Source of the DNA: Macrostomum hystrix
Taxonomy: Eukaryota; Animalia; Platyhelminthes
Reading direction: 5' to 3'
Length of the DNA stretch: 64,000 nt
Assembly: GCA_950097015.1 (NCBI GenBank)
Contig: CATNEN010000005.1
Coordinates: 3,534,001-3,598,000 of the forward strand
A model generated the notes under the pieces. That model was not told where the DNA came from and ran no database searches. It was given only the letters and a program-made list of their open reading frames with translations. Of this stretch, positions 51,620 through 64,000 are shown in pieces. The position numbers and the translations under genes are program-made. Within the stretch, counting starts at the first letter, position 1; each line of letters starts with the position of its first letter.

Positions 51620-52190
51620 AACGTGGATTTGTGGGCGTCACCGTGGATTTGTGGGCGTCACCGTGGATTTGTGGGTGTCACCGTGGATTTGTGGGTGTAA
51701 CCGTGGATTTGTGGGCGTCACCGTGGATTTGTGGGCGTCACCGTGGATTTGTGGGTGTCATCGTGGATTTTTGGGCGTCACCGTGGATTTGTGGGTGTCA
51801 CCGTGGACTTTTGGGTGTCACCGTGGATTTGTGGGTGTCACCGTGGATTTGTGGGTGTCACCGTAGATTTGTGGGTGTAACCGTGGATTTGTGGGCGTCA
51901 CCGTGGATTTGTGGGCGTCACCGTGGATTTGTGGGTGTCATCGTGGATTTGTGGGTGTCACCGTGGACTTTTGGGTGTCACCGTGGATTTGTGGGTGTCA
52001 CCGTGGATTTGTGGGTTTTTCGAGGATTTGAGGATGTCACCATGGATTTGTGGGTTTTACGAGGATTTGTGGGCGTCACCGTGGATTTGTGGGTGTCACC
52101 GTGGATTTCTGGGTGTCATCGTGGATTTGTGGGTGTCACCGTGGATTTGTGGGTTTTACGTGGATTTGTGGGTGTCACCGTGGATTTGTG
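51620..52190 (+). repeat. 20-bp minisatellite (CACCGTGGATTTGTGGGTGT)n
   Basis: Direct inspection. Confidence 0.95.
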
Positions 52191-53089
52191 GAACATCAGT
52201 TTTCGTTAAAACGTTAGTTTTTGTCAAATCTCAGAAATTAATCGTTTAGTTTCCCAATCCCGTCTCTTCCCAATCTTGTCTCTTCCCAATCCCATCTCTT
52301 CTGGATTTGTAGACGGTAAATAAAACCAGCAGGGTCTGCCTCCTACTTAAAAACAGGTTGTTGTAGGTAAACATAGCGAGACAGGGTTCTGTTTGCTGTT
52401 CAATTTCGCACACGAAAAGCGAGTTGTTAAGTGAAATTGTTTGCTAAAAATCTTTAAAACAATTTAAGCCGCGTTTCGTTTTTAGAAAACTAATTTGCTA
52501 GTTAAAGAGCCTGAGTATGATTAAACCTGTTGTATAGAATGTTATCCTATGACACAGTGTCTATTTACTAAATATCTGTGCTCAAACATGTGAGGTGATG
52601 ATTGAAAAACGGGACCTGTATACTAATAATGAACTGGTATATTGCGTAACTTAAAATTCTGCTAATTACTTTGTCAATCAATTTGCGTATTAGATATGAG
52701 AACACTTATAGAATTATGATTCATAATCATTTTGCAGTAGCCGCAAACCATACTGACCTGACGTTTGACACTGCAGCAGAATGTCTAAACAAATACATTT
52801 CTTCACCCGCGATGTGTGTCATCAAGCAGTCCAAACTGAAATTTCGCACCTAAATTGAAAACAAATTATGCTTCCATTTTTTAAACAATCACTTTAGTTA
52901 AGTTTGAAATATAGGTGACAGAAATTGCGATAGAACACAATACGATGAAACACATAAACCTTTTAATAGCAGCAGTTTCATACAATGTATTGAGTTATAA
53001 CTTCCACTGATCGTTGCATCATACTTTGATAACCCAACTCCAGTAATTATTATTAATTCACTGCTTACACATACTCTCACTTCCTTCAG

Positions 53090-54675
53090 ATGTCACTCTC
53101 TTCCTTGAGATTTCACTCTCTTCCCTGAGTTTTCACTCTCTTACTTGAGATTTCACTCTACTCCCTGAGATTTCACTCTCTTCCTTGAGATTTCACTCTC
53201 TTCCTTGAGATTTCACTCTCTTCCCTGAGTTTTCACTCTCCTACTTGAGATTTCACTCTACTCCCTGAGATTTCACTCTCTTCCTTGAGATTTCACTCTC
53301 TTCCTTGAGATTTCACTCTCTTCCTTGAGATTTCACTCTCTTCCCTGAGTTTTCACTCTCTTCCTTGAGATTTCACTCTCTCCCATGAGTTGTCACTACT
53401 CTCTTCCTTGAGATTTCACTCTCTTCCTTGAGATTTCACTCTCTTCCTTGAGATTTCACTCTCTTCCTTGAGATTTCACTCTCTTCCTTGAGATTTCACT
53501 CTCTTCCTTGAGATTTCACTCTCTTCCTTGAGATTTCACTCTCTTCCCTGAGTTTTCACTCTCTTACTTGAGATTTCACTCTACTCCCTGAGATTTCACT
53601 CTCTTCCTTGAGATTTCACTCTCTTCCTTGAGATTTCACTCTCTTCCTTGAGATTTCACTCTCTTCCCTGAGTTTTCACTCTCTTCCTTGAGATTTCACT
53701 CTCTCCCATGAGTTGTCACTACTCTCTTCCTTGAGATTTCACTCTCTTCCTTGAGATTTCACTCTCTTCCTTGAGATTTCACTCTCTTCCTTGAGATTTC
53801 ACTCTCTTCCTTGAGATTTCACTCTCTTCCCTGAGTTTTCACTCTCTTACTTGAGATTTCACTCTACTCCCTGAGATTTCACTCTCTTCCTTGAGATTTC
53901 ACTCTCTTCCTTGAGATTTCACTCTCTTCCTTGAGATTTCACTCTCTTCCCTGAGTTTTCACTCTCTTCCTTGAGATTTCACTCTCTCCCATGAGTTGTC
54001 ACTACTCTCTTCCTTGAGATTTCACTCTCTTCCTTGAGATTTCACTCTCTTCCTTGAGATTTCACTCTCTTCCTTGAGATTTCACTCTCTTCCTTGAGAT
54101 TTCACTCTCTTCCTTGAGATTTCACTCTCTTCCTTGAGATTTCACTCTCTTCCTTGAGATTTCACTCTCTTCCTTGAGTTGTCGCTCTCTTCCCTGAGTT
54201 GTCACTCTCTTCCCTGAGTTGTCACTACTCTCTTCCTTGAGATTTCACTCTCTTTCCTGAGTTGTCACTCTCTCCTTCGAGTTGTCACTCTCTCCTTCGA
54301 GTTGTCACTCTCTCCTTAGAGTTGTCACTTACTCCTTCAAGTTGTCACTCTCTCCCTCAAGTTGTCACTCTCTCCCTCAAGTTGTCACTCTCTCCCTTAA
54401 GTTGTCACTCACTCCCTCAAGTTGTCACTCTCTCCCTCAAGTTGTCACTCTCTCCCTCAAGTTGTCACTCTCTCCCTCAAGTTGTCACTCTCTCCCTCAA
54501 GTTGTCACTCACTCCCTCAAGTTTTCACTCACTCCCTCAAGTTATCACTCACTCCCTCAAGTTGTCACTCTCTCCCTCAAGTTGTCACTCACTCCCTCAA
54601 GTTGTCACTCACTCCCTCAAGTTGTCACTCACTCCCTCAAGTTGTCACTCACTCCCTCAAGTTGTCACTCTCTCC
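53090..54675 (+). repeat. Compound 20-bp minisatellite (GAGATTTCACTCTCTTCCTT)n grading into (AAGTTGTCACTCTCTCCCTC)n
   Basis: Direct inspection; the unit switches near 54250. Confidence 0.95.
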
Positions 54676-55343
54676 TAAAAATGAAAATGTTAAGTCGAGA
54701 TGAAAACACATGAAACAGCAGCTCGAAGCAATGTTGAGTCCATTGTTTATAGATCTAGCATGGGTGGATTGCGTAATATTTTGACAATCCAGCTATAACT
54801 CGCTTCCGTAATACAATGTGTTATTCATACATCATTATAGGCATGTGTGCAGTATATAGTTGAGATGTGTGCCATAATTCTAGATTAAATACATATTTTA
54901 CTTTCAAACTCATAATCGCTCTCACACTCAAATTTTCTAGTCTTCAATATGAAAGCATTGTCAGCCTTGAACAAATTTTCGCTCGATTGCGTCAATGAAT
55001 TTGTTTTGAAATAGTTTAATCCCTCATAATTATTTTTCACCATTCGCCTGAAGCAGGGATTCATACAATGGGAAAGTCTTTGTATTGTTTGGGAGAATCA
55101 TTTTAGCAGGTAATCAAACGGGATAAGAATCCCTTAGCTGTCTGCATGGATTAGACTAAATCTTTATTCTAAAAAGTGTCTTTGTTTTTGTTTAATCTTT
55201 GTGCCACTAATCTCAGCTTTTTCTCTCTTCTCAATACATGTTTAGAGATCTGGAAGAATCTAGGAGATTCGAACAAAGGACCTCTAAGCCAGATATCGGA
55301 AGCCAAAGCTAAAATGCTCACTTTTGTAGTCACTACAAAGACT

Positions 55344-55697
55344 ATATTGGCAGAGCGGTTAACGCGTTTGCCTCTCGCACCACGGTCCTGAGCTCGATTC
55401 CGCGGCGAGGCCGCATTCATTTGGGGCGCAGCGGTGGAGGCTTGGTGGCTTGTCGTGCAATTTACGCCCTCAAGGGCCAACCGCCAAGTCACAGTGACAG
55501 TGCACACTGCCGGACGATGAGAAAGTCAGGCCAGATGTACACACCTGTGTGAGCGTGTGCCTGCGTACAGTATCTGTGTGCGTGTGTGCTCAGGAGTCTG
55601 CGAAATGGGCAGAATTGCCTCCTCGCTGGCTGCGGGTCTAGTGTCACCAAAATGTGTGCCATTGCCCGCAGCCCTCCTGCAATTATTATTATTATTA
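55344..55697 (+). mobile_element. SINE family 1 copy with (ATT)n tail
   Basis: TGGCAGAGCGG A box and B-box-like GAGCTCGATTCC. Body aligns to 1132-1508. Confidence 0.8.
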
Positions 55698-55721
55698 TAA
55701 ACTAAATAGAAATTTCCTAAT

Positions 55722-56035
55722 TTCTTAAACTCGGAATTTCATAAACTCCGAATTTCATAAACTCCGAATTTCATAAACTCCGAATTTCATAAACTCCGAA
55801 TTTCATAAACTCCGAATTTCATAAACTCGGAATTTTATAAACTCCGAATTTCATAAACTCCGAATTTTAAAAACTCCGAATTTCATAAACTCCGAATTTC
55901 ATAAACTCCGAATTTCATAAACTCCGAATTTCATAAACTCCGAATTTCATAAACTCCGAATTTCATAAACTCCGAATTTCATAAACTCCGAATTTCATAA
56001 ACTCCGAATTTCATAAACTCCGAATTTCATAAACT
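55722..56035 (+). repeat. 16-bp repeat (ATAAACTCCGAATTTC)n
   Basis: Direct inspection. Confidence 0.95.
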
Positions 56036-56559
56036 CATTATTCAAAATAAGGTGACTCAAGAAAGTGGTTTAAACATGAAATTCTGTAAACCAATGTCTA
56101 ACGGTATGAAAAGAATCATTCAAGAACAACAGACAAAGAATCTGGGAACTGATTTGTTATCGCGACGACAATAAAATCTTATACATCTAAGAATGAAAGC
56201 GAACCGACTGAAATACCTGATCTACAAGTGTCTATTGTTCGCAAGTAATTGTTCTCTCCGTATTATAGCGAACATGTTTTGATTGTTCATTCAAGCGAAA
56301 CGAATGGTATTCATTTGAGCATAGGAGAGCACAACAGCAGTGAGTCTCATTTGTGTTGCGTGTGTGTGTTTGTGGCTAGGCCCTATGATATCCAGGATTT
56401 TAAGTGATTCCAGTTAACTGATTTTACTATTTTACTCTAACACCTCTCTCTATACACAATGCCTATTTTTCTTAAAAAAACGGACCAAATTGTGTTACCA
56501 AGCTAGTTTGAACAGGTGCAGCTGTGTAGATCTAAAATATGCTGCTACCCTTATTATAT

Positions 56560-57288
56560 TCTAGGAATCTAGGATTCTAGGAATCTAGGATTCTAGGAAT
56601 CTAGGATTCTAGGAATCTAGGATTCTAGGAATCTAGGATTCTAGGAATCTAGGATTCTAGGAATCTAGGATTCTAGGAATCTAGGATTCTAGGAATCTAG
56701 GATTCTAGGAATCTAGGATTCTAGGAATCTAGGATTCTAGGAATCTAGGATTCTAGGAATCTAGGATTCTAGGAATCTAGGATTCTAGGAATCTAGGATT
56801 CTAGGAATCTAGGATTCTAGGAATCTAGGATTCTAGGAATCTAGGATTCTAGGAATCTAGGATTCTAGGAATCTAGGATTCTAGGAATCTAGGATTCTAG
56901 GAATCTAGGATTCTAGGAATCTAGGATTCTAGGAATCTAGGATTCTAGGAATCTAGGATTCTAGGAATCTAGGATTCTAGGAATCTAGGATTCTAGGAAT
57001 CTAGGATTCTAGGAATCTAGGATTCTAGGAATCTAGGATTCTAGGAATCTAGGATTCTAGGAATCTAGGATTCTAGGAATCTAGGATTCTGGGAATCTAG
57101 GAATCTAGGAATCTAGGAATCTAGGATTCTAGGAATCTAGGAATCTAGGATTCTTAGAATCTAGGAATCTAGGATTCTAGGAATATAGGATTCTAGGGAT
57201 CTAGGATTCTGGGAATCTAGGAATCTAGGATTCTTAGAATCTAGGATTCTAAGAATCTAGGATTCTAAGAATCTAGGATTCTAGGAAT
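56560..57288 (+). repeat. 16-bp repeat (CTAGGAATCTAGGATT)n
   Basis: Direct inspection; homogeneous 5' part, degenerate 3' end. Confidence 0.97.
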
Positions 57289-57912
57289 TATGAGTTAAAA
57301 CTAGAAATTACCGAATAGTTATTTTCTGCCTGTCATCTTTGTTACTGAAAAGATAAAATAAATGACTTAGACTAAGTCTTTGTTATTAGAGAGACACATG
57401 AACGCACAGAAACATTTTCTAGTTAGAGTTTAATGGGGTATAAAATACATTTACTTAAAATCGACAGTTAAAAAAATTGACACTTGAATGACAAGCAGCA
57501 GTTATTCTAAAAGTGCATTTCGCTTCAATTTTGACAGGTTAAGAAAAATGAAGTGTCAACGCGGACGATGGTATTATTTGACTGACAGCATATTTAGAAT
57601 TGATATATCGGACAAGGTGATGAGAACATTATTGGCCATTGTTGCACTGTCATTTGAAAATTGTTTAGTGATAGATTTTGTCCAAAACTAAGGTCTGTCT
57701 GTCTGTCTGTCTGGAACTTATCTGAGAATTTTTCTGCTCTTATTAAAGTAGCGAATAGTCCGTAAGATCTTTGTTCCATTGTAAAGTTAAATACACATTC
57801 AGGTGACGAAAGAATGAGCAAAACTCACGCCAAATCCACTCTGTGCCACAAAAATAAGCATTATTGAATGCATGATAGACAGGAAGCAAAGACCTTTTGA
57901 AAGTATACTAAA

Positions 57913-58330
57913 ATCTGACAGTACCTAATTGATAATCTGACAGTACCTAATTGATAATCTGACAGTACCTAATTGATAATCTGACAGTACCTAATTGATA
58001 GTCTGACAGTACCTAATTGATAATCTGACAGTACCTAATTGATAATCTGACAGTACCTAATTGATAATCTGACAGTACCTAATTGATAGTCTGACAGTAC
58101 CTAATTGATAATCTGACAGTACCTAATTGATAATCTGACAGTACCTAATTGATAATCTGACAGTACCTAATTGATAATCTGACAGTACCTAATTGATAAT
58201 CTGACAGTACCTAATTGATAATCTGACAGTACCTAATTGATAATCTGACAGTACCTAATTGATAATCTGACAGTACCTAATTGATCATCTGACAGTACCT
58301 AATTGATAGTCTGACAGTACCTAATTGATA
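57913..58330 (+). repeat. 22-bp repeat (TCTGACAGTACCTAATTGATAA)n
   Basis: Direct inspection. Confidence 0.95.
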
Positions 58331-58964
58331 CCAGATCGCGTGACGTCAAATTGTGGAACAAAAGTCCTGAAGTCATGTAATAGACAGAACATATTTTATA
58401 GTCTTGGTTGTTACTCGAAAACCGGTACGTACTGATAAATCAAATGAATCGTGTTAAGCAGGCAATCGTGTATCATATAGCTAACTGAAGGAAGTTTAAT
58501 TTTACCCTTAGGGCTTAGTTCTTTAAAGTAGATTTTCGATTTCATGATATCTCAATTTAGTGTGCATTGGGCGACTCAAGCTATGATTGATAATGATCAG
58601 AAGGATATTTGTAGTTCCATTTTTTCGCTAAACTTCCATATAGGATTTCGTGCTCAACAATATTTCATGTTGGGAACAGAAAAAAATGTGTTTAAAAAAT
58701 GCATCAACATGTGGTTAGTCTTTCAATACCGTATAGTTAATTGCCGAATTCTAAAATGATTATTAACTAATCTAGATTTCCGCTTTCACTTTAACTTCAG
58801 ATTTCCGTGCCTACTTGCTATTAGAGTGTGAGTTGTATGAAAAATCTGATATCATTATCTTGCTAGTCCATAGTCTATAGGTACGAATTAGGACAATAGA
58901 TATAATGCCTGTCTATTGTTAGATTGTTGGCCATTTTGAAGGATAGATTTGAGGCGAAGCTTAG

Positions 58965-59782
58965 ACAGAAAGGAAGCGGATAGCGTAGGTAGGGAGCGGA
59001 AAGCGTAGGTAGGGAACGGAAAGGTAGGGAGCGGAGCGGATAGCGTAGGTTGGGAGCGGAGAGCAAGGTTAGGGAGTGGATAGCGTAGGTTGGGAGCGGA
59101 GAGCAAGGTTAGGGAGCGGATAGCGTAGGTTGGGAGCGGAGAGCAAGGTTAGGGAGCGGATAGCGTAGGTTGGGAGCGGAGAGCAAGGTTAGGGAGCGGA
59201 TAGCGTAGGTTGGGAGCGGAGAGCAAGGTTAGGGAGCGGATAGCGTAGGTAGGGAGCGGATAGCGTAGGTAGGGAGCGGATAGCGTAGGTAGGGAGCGGA
59301 GAGCAAGGTTAGGGAGCGGATAGCGTAGGTAGGGAGCGGATAGCGTAGGTTGGGAGCGGAGAGCAAGGTTAGGGAGTGGATAGCGTAGGTAGGGAGCGGA
59401 TAGCGTAGGTAGGGAGCGGATAGCGTAGGTTGGGAGCGGAGAGCAAGGTTAGGGAGCGGATAGCGTAGGTAGGGAGCGGATAGCGTAGGTTGGGAGCGGA
59501 GAGCAAGGTTAGGGAGCGGATAGCGTATGTGGGGAGTGGATAGCGTAGGTAGGGAGCGGATAGCGTAGGTAGGGAGCGGATAGCGTAGTTAGGGAGTGGA
59601 TAGCGTAGTTAGGGAGCGGATAGCGTAGGTAGGGAGCGGATAGCGTAGGTAGGGAGCGGAGAGCAAGGTTAGGGAGCGGATAGCGTAGGTAGGGAGAGGA
59701 TAGCGTAGGTTGGGAGCGGAGAGCAAGGTTAGGGAGCGGATAGCGTAGGTGCGGAGCGGATAGCGTAGGTCGGGAGCGGATG
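58965..59782 (+). repeat. 20-bp repeat with two alternating variants (GGGAGCGGATAGCGTAGGTA / GGGAGCGGAGAGCAAGGTTA)
   Basis: Direct inspection. Confidence 0.95.
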
Positions 59783-60504
59783 AAAGTTAATGGTAGAATG
59801 GTAGAATGGTAGAATGGTGGAATGGTAGAGAGCGGAGTTGAGTAAATTATTAATAGATTATAATATCATTAGTCCCAATGTATTCCTATTGTTCAATGAA
59901 AGACATTATTTAGTTTAAAAAACTATTCAAGCGCTAATTGCCGTTAACCGTAGATTGTTCATATTTTTAGTAGCAAAAAATAATCCATATTTAATTACTG
60001 GCACAGAATTCGTCACATTTGACTGATTGTGTTGCATCATCGTATCATGATCGAAATCATTTGAAATGTGGTCATTATGCTAGCTATGGGAGAAAACAGT
60101 TTTCACTTTTCCATTGTGACTTTTTATGCAAAAGCAGCAATAAACAATCTCAGCCAAATTTCAATGCCCAATAAAAAATTAATTTATTGAAAACTGAAAG
60201 TATATAAAAAGCTGAGTAAATTAGTTGAAAATTGCTCTTTTTTGTTGATTTTGATTTAGTGCTATTCGTTGAGCAATGATTTTTGCCGTCAAACTTTATA
60301 GCTACGATCAGTAATTATTCATTGTTGCTAAGGCTGTTGTTCAGTACTATTAGCAAAAGCATGGAGAAAGCAAATTGTGAAAATAATATTCACTGACCGA
60401 TGATGTATTCATTTCGTGAGATATGTGCTTTGATTTGACAACTTTTTCATTAGGGGAATAAGTTGTTTTGGGAAGAAATCGAATGAAACTTAAAGGTCTG
60501 GCAA

Positions 60505-61382
60505 TGGGGAAGAGAGGAGAAGAATCAGGTAAAGATACAAAGAATGGGGGGAGATAGCGGAAGATAGAGGAAGATTTGGGAAGAGAGGGGAAGAATGGGG
60601 AAAAGAGGGGAAGAATAGGGAAGAGAGGGGTAGATATGGGAGGCGAGGGAAAGAATGGGGAAAAGAGGGGAAGAATAGGGAAGAGAGGGGAAGAATGGGG
60701 GAAGAATGGGGGGAAGAGTAGGGAAGAGAGGGGAAGAATGGGAGAAGAATTGGGGGAAGAGTAGGGAAGAGAGGGGAAGAATGGGGGAAGAATGGGGGAA
60801 GAGTAGGGAAGAGAGGGGAAGAATGGGGGGAGAATGGGGGGAAGAGTAGGGAAGAGAGGGGAAGAATGGGGGGAGAATGGGGGGAAGAGTAGGGAAGAGA
60901 GGGGAAGAATGGGGGAAGAATGGGGGGAAGAGTAGGGAAGAGAGGGGAAGAATGGGAGAAGAATTGGGGGAAGAGTAGGGAAGAGAGGGGAAGAATGGGG
61001 GAAGAATGGGGGAAGAGTAGGGAAGAGAGGGGAAGAATGGGAGAAGAATTGGGGGAAGAGTAGGGAAGAGAGGGGAAGAATGGGGGAAGAATGGGGGAAG
61101 AGTAGGGAAGAGAGGGGAAGAATGGGGGGAGAATGGGGGGAAGAGTAGGGAAGAGAGGGGAAGAATGGGGGAAGAATGGGGGGAAGAGTAGGGAAGAGAG
61201 GGGAAGAATGGGGGAAGAATGGGGGGAAGAGTAGGGAAGAGAGGGGAAGAATGGGGGAAGAATGGGGGAAGAGTAGGGAAGAGAGGGGAAGAATGGGGGG
61301 AAGAGTAGGGAAGAGAGGGGAAGAATGGGGGAAGATTGGGGGGAAGAGTAGGGAAGAGAGGGTTAGAATAGGGAAGGAAGAA
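60505..61382 (+). repeat. Polypurine G-rich repeat (GGGAAGAGAGGGGAAGAATGGGGGAAGAGTA-like)
   Basis: Almost entirely A/G on the plus strand. Confidence 0.95.
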
Positions 61383-61639
61383 AGGCATTTTCTCTGACAT
61401 ACAATTTCTTAGAAATTTAAACTACTGATAAGTATAATTATTAAGTCAACCGGTGTCAATAAGACAGAAATCTAGCTTAGCAGTTTAGACGCGGCATGAC
61501 AGGCTCAAATGGTGATGAGTTCTTGAATTGCGAAAATTTTGTCAAGATACTCTTAAAATCAGCTGCTAATATCTTTGCCAAGAATCCGATGCAAGTATTT
61601 TAATCTCATTGTGATTTAAAATACGCGACTTTGACTAAT

Positions 61640-61930
61640 AAGAGCCAATGGGACTTTCAGAAATCTGTTAAGCCTACAGACTATCGGCCTATCTGTTGAT
61701 AATGATTATCAACAAGTTGAAGAGGGTGTTAAAAAGCCACGTTGAGTCTAGGCTGCTGCCTTCTCATCGCCTGTCCCCCGCCCAAACTCAAATTAGCAAT
61801 GAGCAGTTGACTAGCCAATGAGAATGGACCACACCAACCAGCTTCACTCTCATTGGCTGCTAGCGTGGCCGGCATCTACAACCTCATCCCGATCGCATTT
61901 TCAATAGCACCGCTTTATCATATATAAGTG
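61640..61930 (+). promoter_or_regulatory. Putative TFAP2 core promoter
   Basis: CCAAT boxes at ~61645 and ~61815, an inverted ATTGG at ~61853, and TATA-like TATATAAG at ~61920, ~100 bp before the putative ATG. Confidence 0.45.
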
Positions 61931-62029
61931 CTAGCACAATATATGGCCCCAAGGCTGTTAAAATCTGTTTCAAGTTTAACTGAACCAAAAGTCTAGACTA
62001 ATTTGTACGAGATTTTGTAAAAACAAAGA

Positions 62030-62403
62030 ATGCCAGTGCTAGATCATCACCAAAGGCTAGAAAGCTATCACGATTTCACCTGTTCGGTAAGATTAACAAT
62101 CATTTTTCTTTTTTTTTATTATACATTCTATACTTAATAGGGCTGTAGCCTCTAGTGTATAGAGCGTCGGACTCACGACTTGGAGGTCGGGTGTTCGATT
62201 CCAAATCTTACTGGAGCAAAATTTGTGTCCTTTAGCAAGATATTATGTTTCTAAATAACTTTTGTGATTTTAACAAACGGCAATTGCTAATTGAACTAAT
62301 TATTACATTGATATGTCAACTTTCGTAGGATCGTCGTCAAGACCTTCAACCGACTATGGCAGTTGCAGCAGCCGCCGATGCAACAACGCCCTCGCCGACG
62401 CAT

Positions 62404-62434
<31 letters not shown>

Positions 62435-62959
62435 CAGAATTTCAGCCTCCGTATTTTCCTCCACCGTATGCGCCAGTGCATCATCATTATCAGCAACATC
62501 AGCATATGCCAGCTAGTCATCAGGTGAGTCTCTATCCTGTACACGATTATAAATTCAATAGTAGAAACTGTAAAAAAACAATATAATGTTTTTCAACTAA
62601 TCCGTTTTCCTAAAAAACTCGCACATTTTTCACAGTTTGACTTTCACGATCATTGGCAAACCTTTGCAACAGCTGCAGCGTCTAGCTATCATCATCAGTA
62701 TCAGTATCAGCAGCAGCAGCAGCAGCAGCTTGGTGTTAGTGCCTATCACAATCAACTACCTCAGCAGCAGTACCAGCAGCATCAAGCTCTACAAAGTCAG
62801 CAGCAGCAGCAGCAGCAGCAGCAGCTTGAGCACCCCACAATGCCCTATTCGGGTCATGTACTACAGGGCATGGAATTCTCGAGGGTCAGTCATCACCAGA
62901 GCGCCCTATTAATGAAGCGCTACCATCAGCAATCACCTTTGCATGCGGCCACTTTGAAG
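62030..62959 (+). CDS. TFAP2: Transcription factor AP-2 family, 5' exons (partial; continues beyond the window)
   Basis: Exon 62329-62523 starts DRRQD and contains EFQPPYFPPPY, the AP-2 N-terminal PY signature. Putative exon 1 at 62030-62086; Q-rich exon at 62636-62959. The DNA-binding domain is not in the window. Confidence 0.8.
62150..62245 (+). mobile_element. Truncated SINE family 2 head in TFAP2 intron 1
   Basis: GGGCTGTAGCC..GTTCGATTCC..CCTTTAGCAAGAT. No acceptor-stem closure. Confidence 0.55.
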
Positions 62960-62994
62960 GTAGGAAAACTGATTTCTATTCTATTTATTTTTCG

Positions 62995-64000
62995 ACAGTC
63001 TCAGAATCTCATATCAAACTTCTCATGGCAGTGTCAGAATCTCATATCAAACTTCTCATGGCAGTGTCAGAATCTCATATCAAACTTCTCATGGCAGTCT
63101 CAGAATCTCATATCAAACTTCTCATGGCAGTGTCAGAATCTCATATCAAACTTCTCATGGCAGTGTCAGAATCTCATATCAAACTTCTCATGGCAGTCTC
63201 AGAATCTCATATCAAACTTCTCATGGCAGTGTCAGAATCTCATATCAAACTTCTCATGGCAGTGTCAGAATCTCATATCAAACTTCTCATGGCAGTGTCA
63301 GAATCTCATATCAAACTTCTCATGGCAGTGTCAGAATCTCATATCAAACTTCTCATGGCAGTCTCAGAATCTCATATCAAACTTCTCATGGCAGTCTCAG
63401 AATCTCATATCAAACTTCTCATGGCAGTGTCAGAATCTCATATCAAACTTCTCATGGCAGTGTCAGAATCTCATATCAAACTTCTCATGGCAGTGTCAGA
63501 ATCTCATATCAAACTTCTCATGGCAGTGTCAGAATCTCATATCAAACTTCTCATGGCAGTGTCAGAATCTCATATCAAACTTCTCATGGCAGTGTCAGAA
63601 TCTCATATCAAACTTCTCATGGCAGTGTCAGAATCTCATATCAAACTTCTCATGGCAGTGTCAGAATCTCATATCAAACTTCTCATGGCAGTGTCAGAAT
63701 CTCATATCAAACTTCTCATGGCAGTGTCAGAATCTCATATCAAACTTCTCATGGCAGTCTCAGAATCTCATATCAAACTTCTCATGGCAGTGTCAGAATC
63801 TCATCAAACTTCTCATGGCAGTGTCAGAATCTCATATCAAACTTCTCATGGCAGTGTCAGAATCTCATCAAACTTCTCATGGCAGTGTCAGAATCTCATA
63901 TCAAACTTCTCATGGCAGTGTCAGAATATCATATCAAACTTCTCATGGCAGTCTCAGAATCTCATATCAAACTTCTCATGGCAGTGTCAGAATCTCATAT
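62995..64000 (+). repeat. 33-bp minisatellite (TCAGAATCTCATATCAAACTTCTCATGGCAGTG)n in a TFAP2 intron; runs off the window
   Basis: Direct inspection. Confidence 0.97.

Noticed and set aside
62150-62225. Possible tRNA gene
   Set aside because: A/B boxes are present but there is no acceptor-stem closure, and the sequence continues into a SINE core. The same applies at ~20560-20632.

Overview
Eukaryotic (invertebrate metazoan) genomic DNA with short GT-AG introns. Composition and repeat style resemble a macrostomid flatworm, but this is an unverified inference. No prokaryotic features or CRISPR arrays. (1) ~0.6-35 kb holds a tandem/inverted cluster of spliced genes encoding signal peptide + F-type-lectin (fucolectin/FTP)-like domain + two Ig-like domains + TM + cytoplasmic tail. 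I reconstructed four apparently intact copies (A, B, A2, B2) and four pseudogenes. Their tails fall into distinct classes: two Tyr motifs including ITSM-like TVYTEI (A); a short single-Tyr tail (A2); and an Asp in the TM with a Tyr-free tail (B, B2). With a 258-bp tract identical between A and A2 and a hypervariable lectin loop, this looks like an invertebrate paired-receptor (immune/allorecognition-type) locus and is the best candidate for an undescribed system. (2) A 4.0-kb Ingi/I-group LINE (APE-RT-RNaseH-CCHC, frameshifted) with a 12-bp TSD, a 2A-like motif and a candidate HDV-like ribozyme disrupts one copy. (3) Single-copy genes: POLR3F/RPC6, an orphan coiled-coil gene, an HSD17B14-like SDR and the 5' exons of a TFAP2 (AP-2) gene. 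(4) Two tRNA-derived SINE families, an RTE-like fragment and many minisatellites, densest at 43-64 kb. The long ORFs in the 43-61 kb track are repeat artefacts. All gene models are manual splice reconstructions without transcript data.
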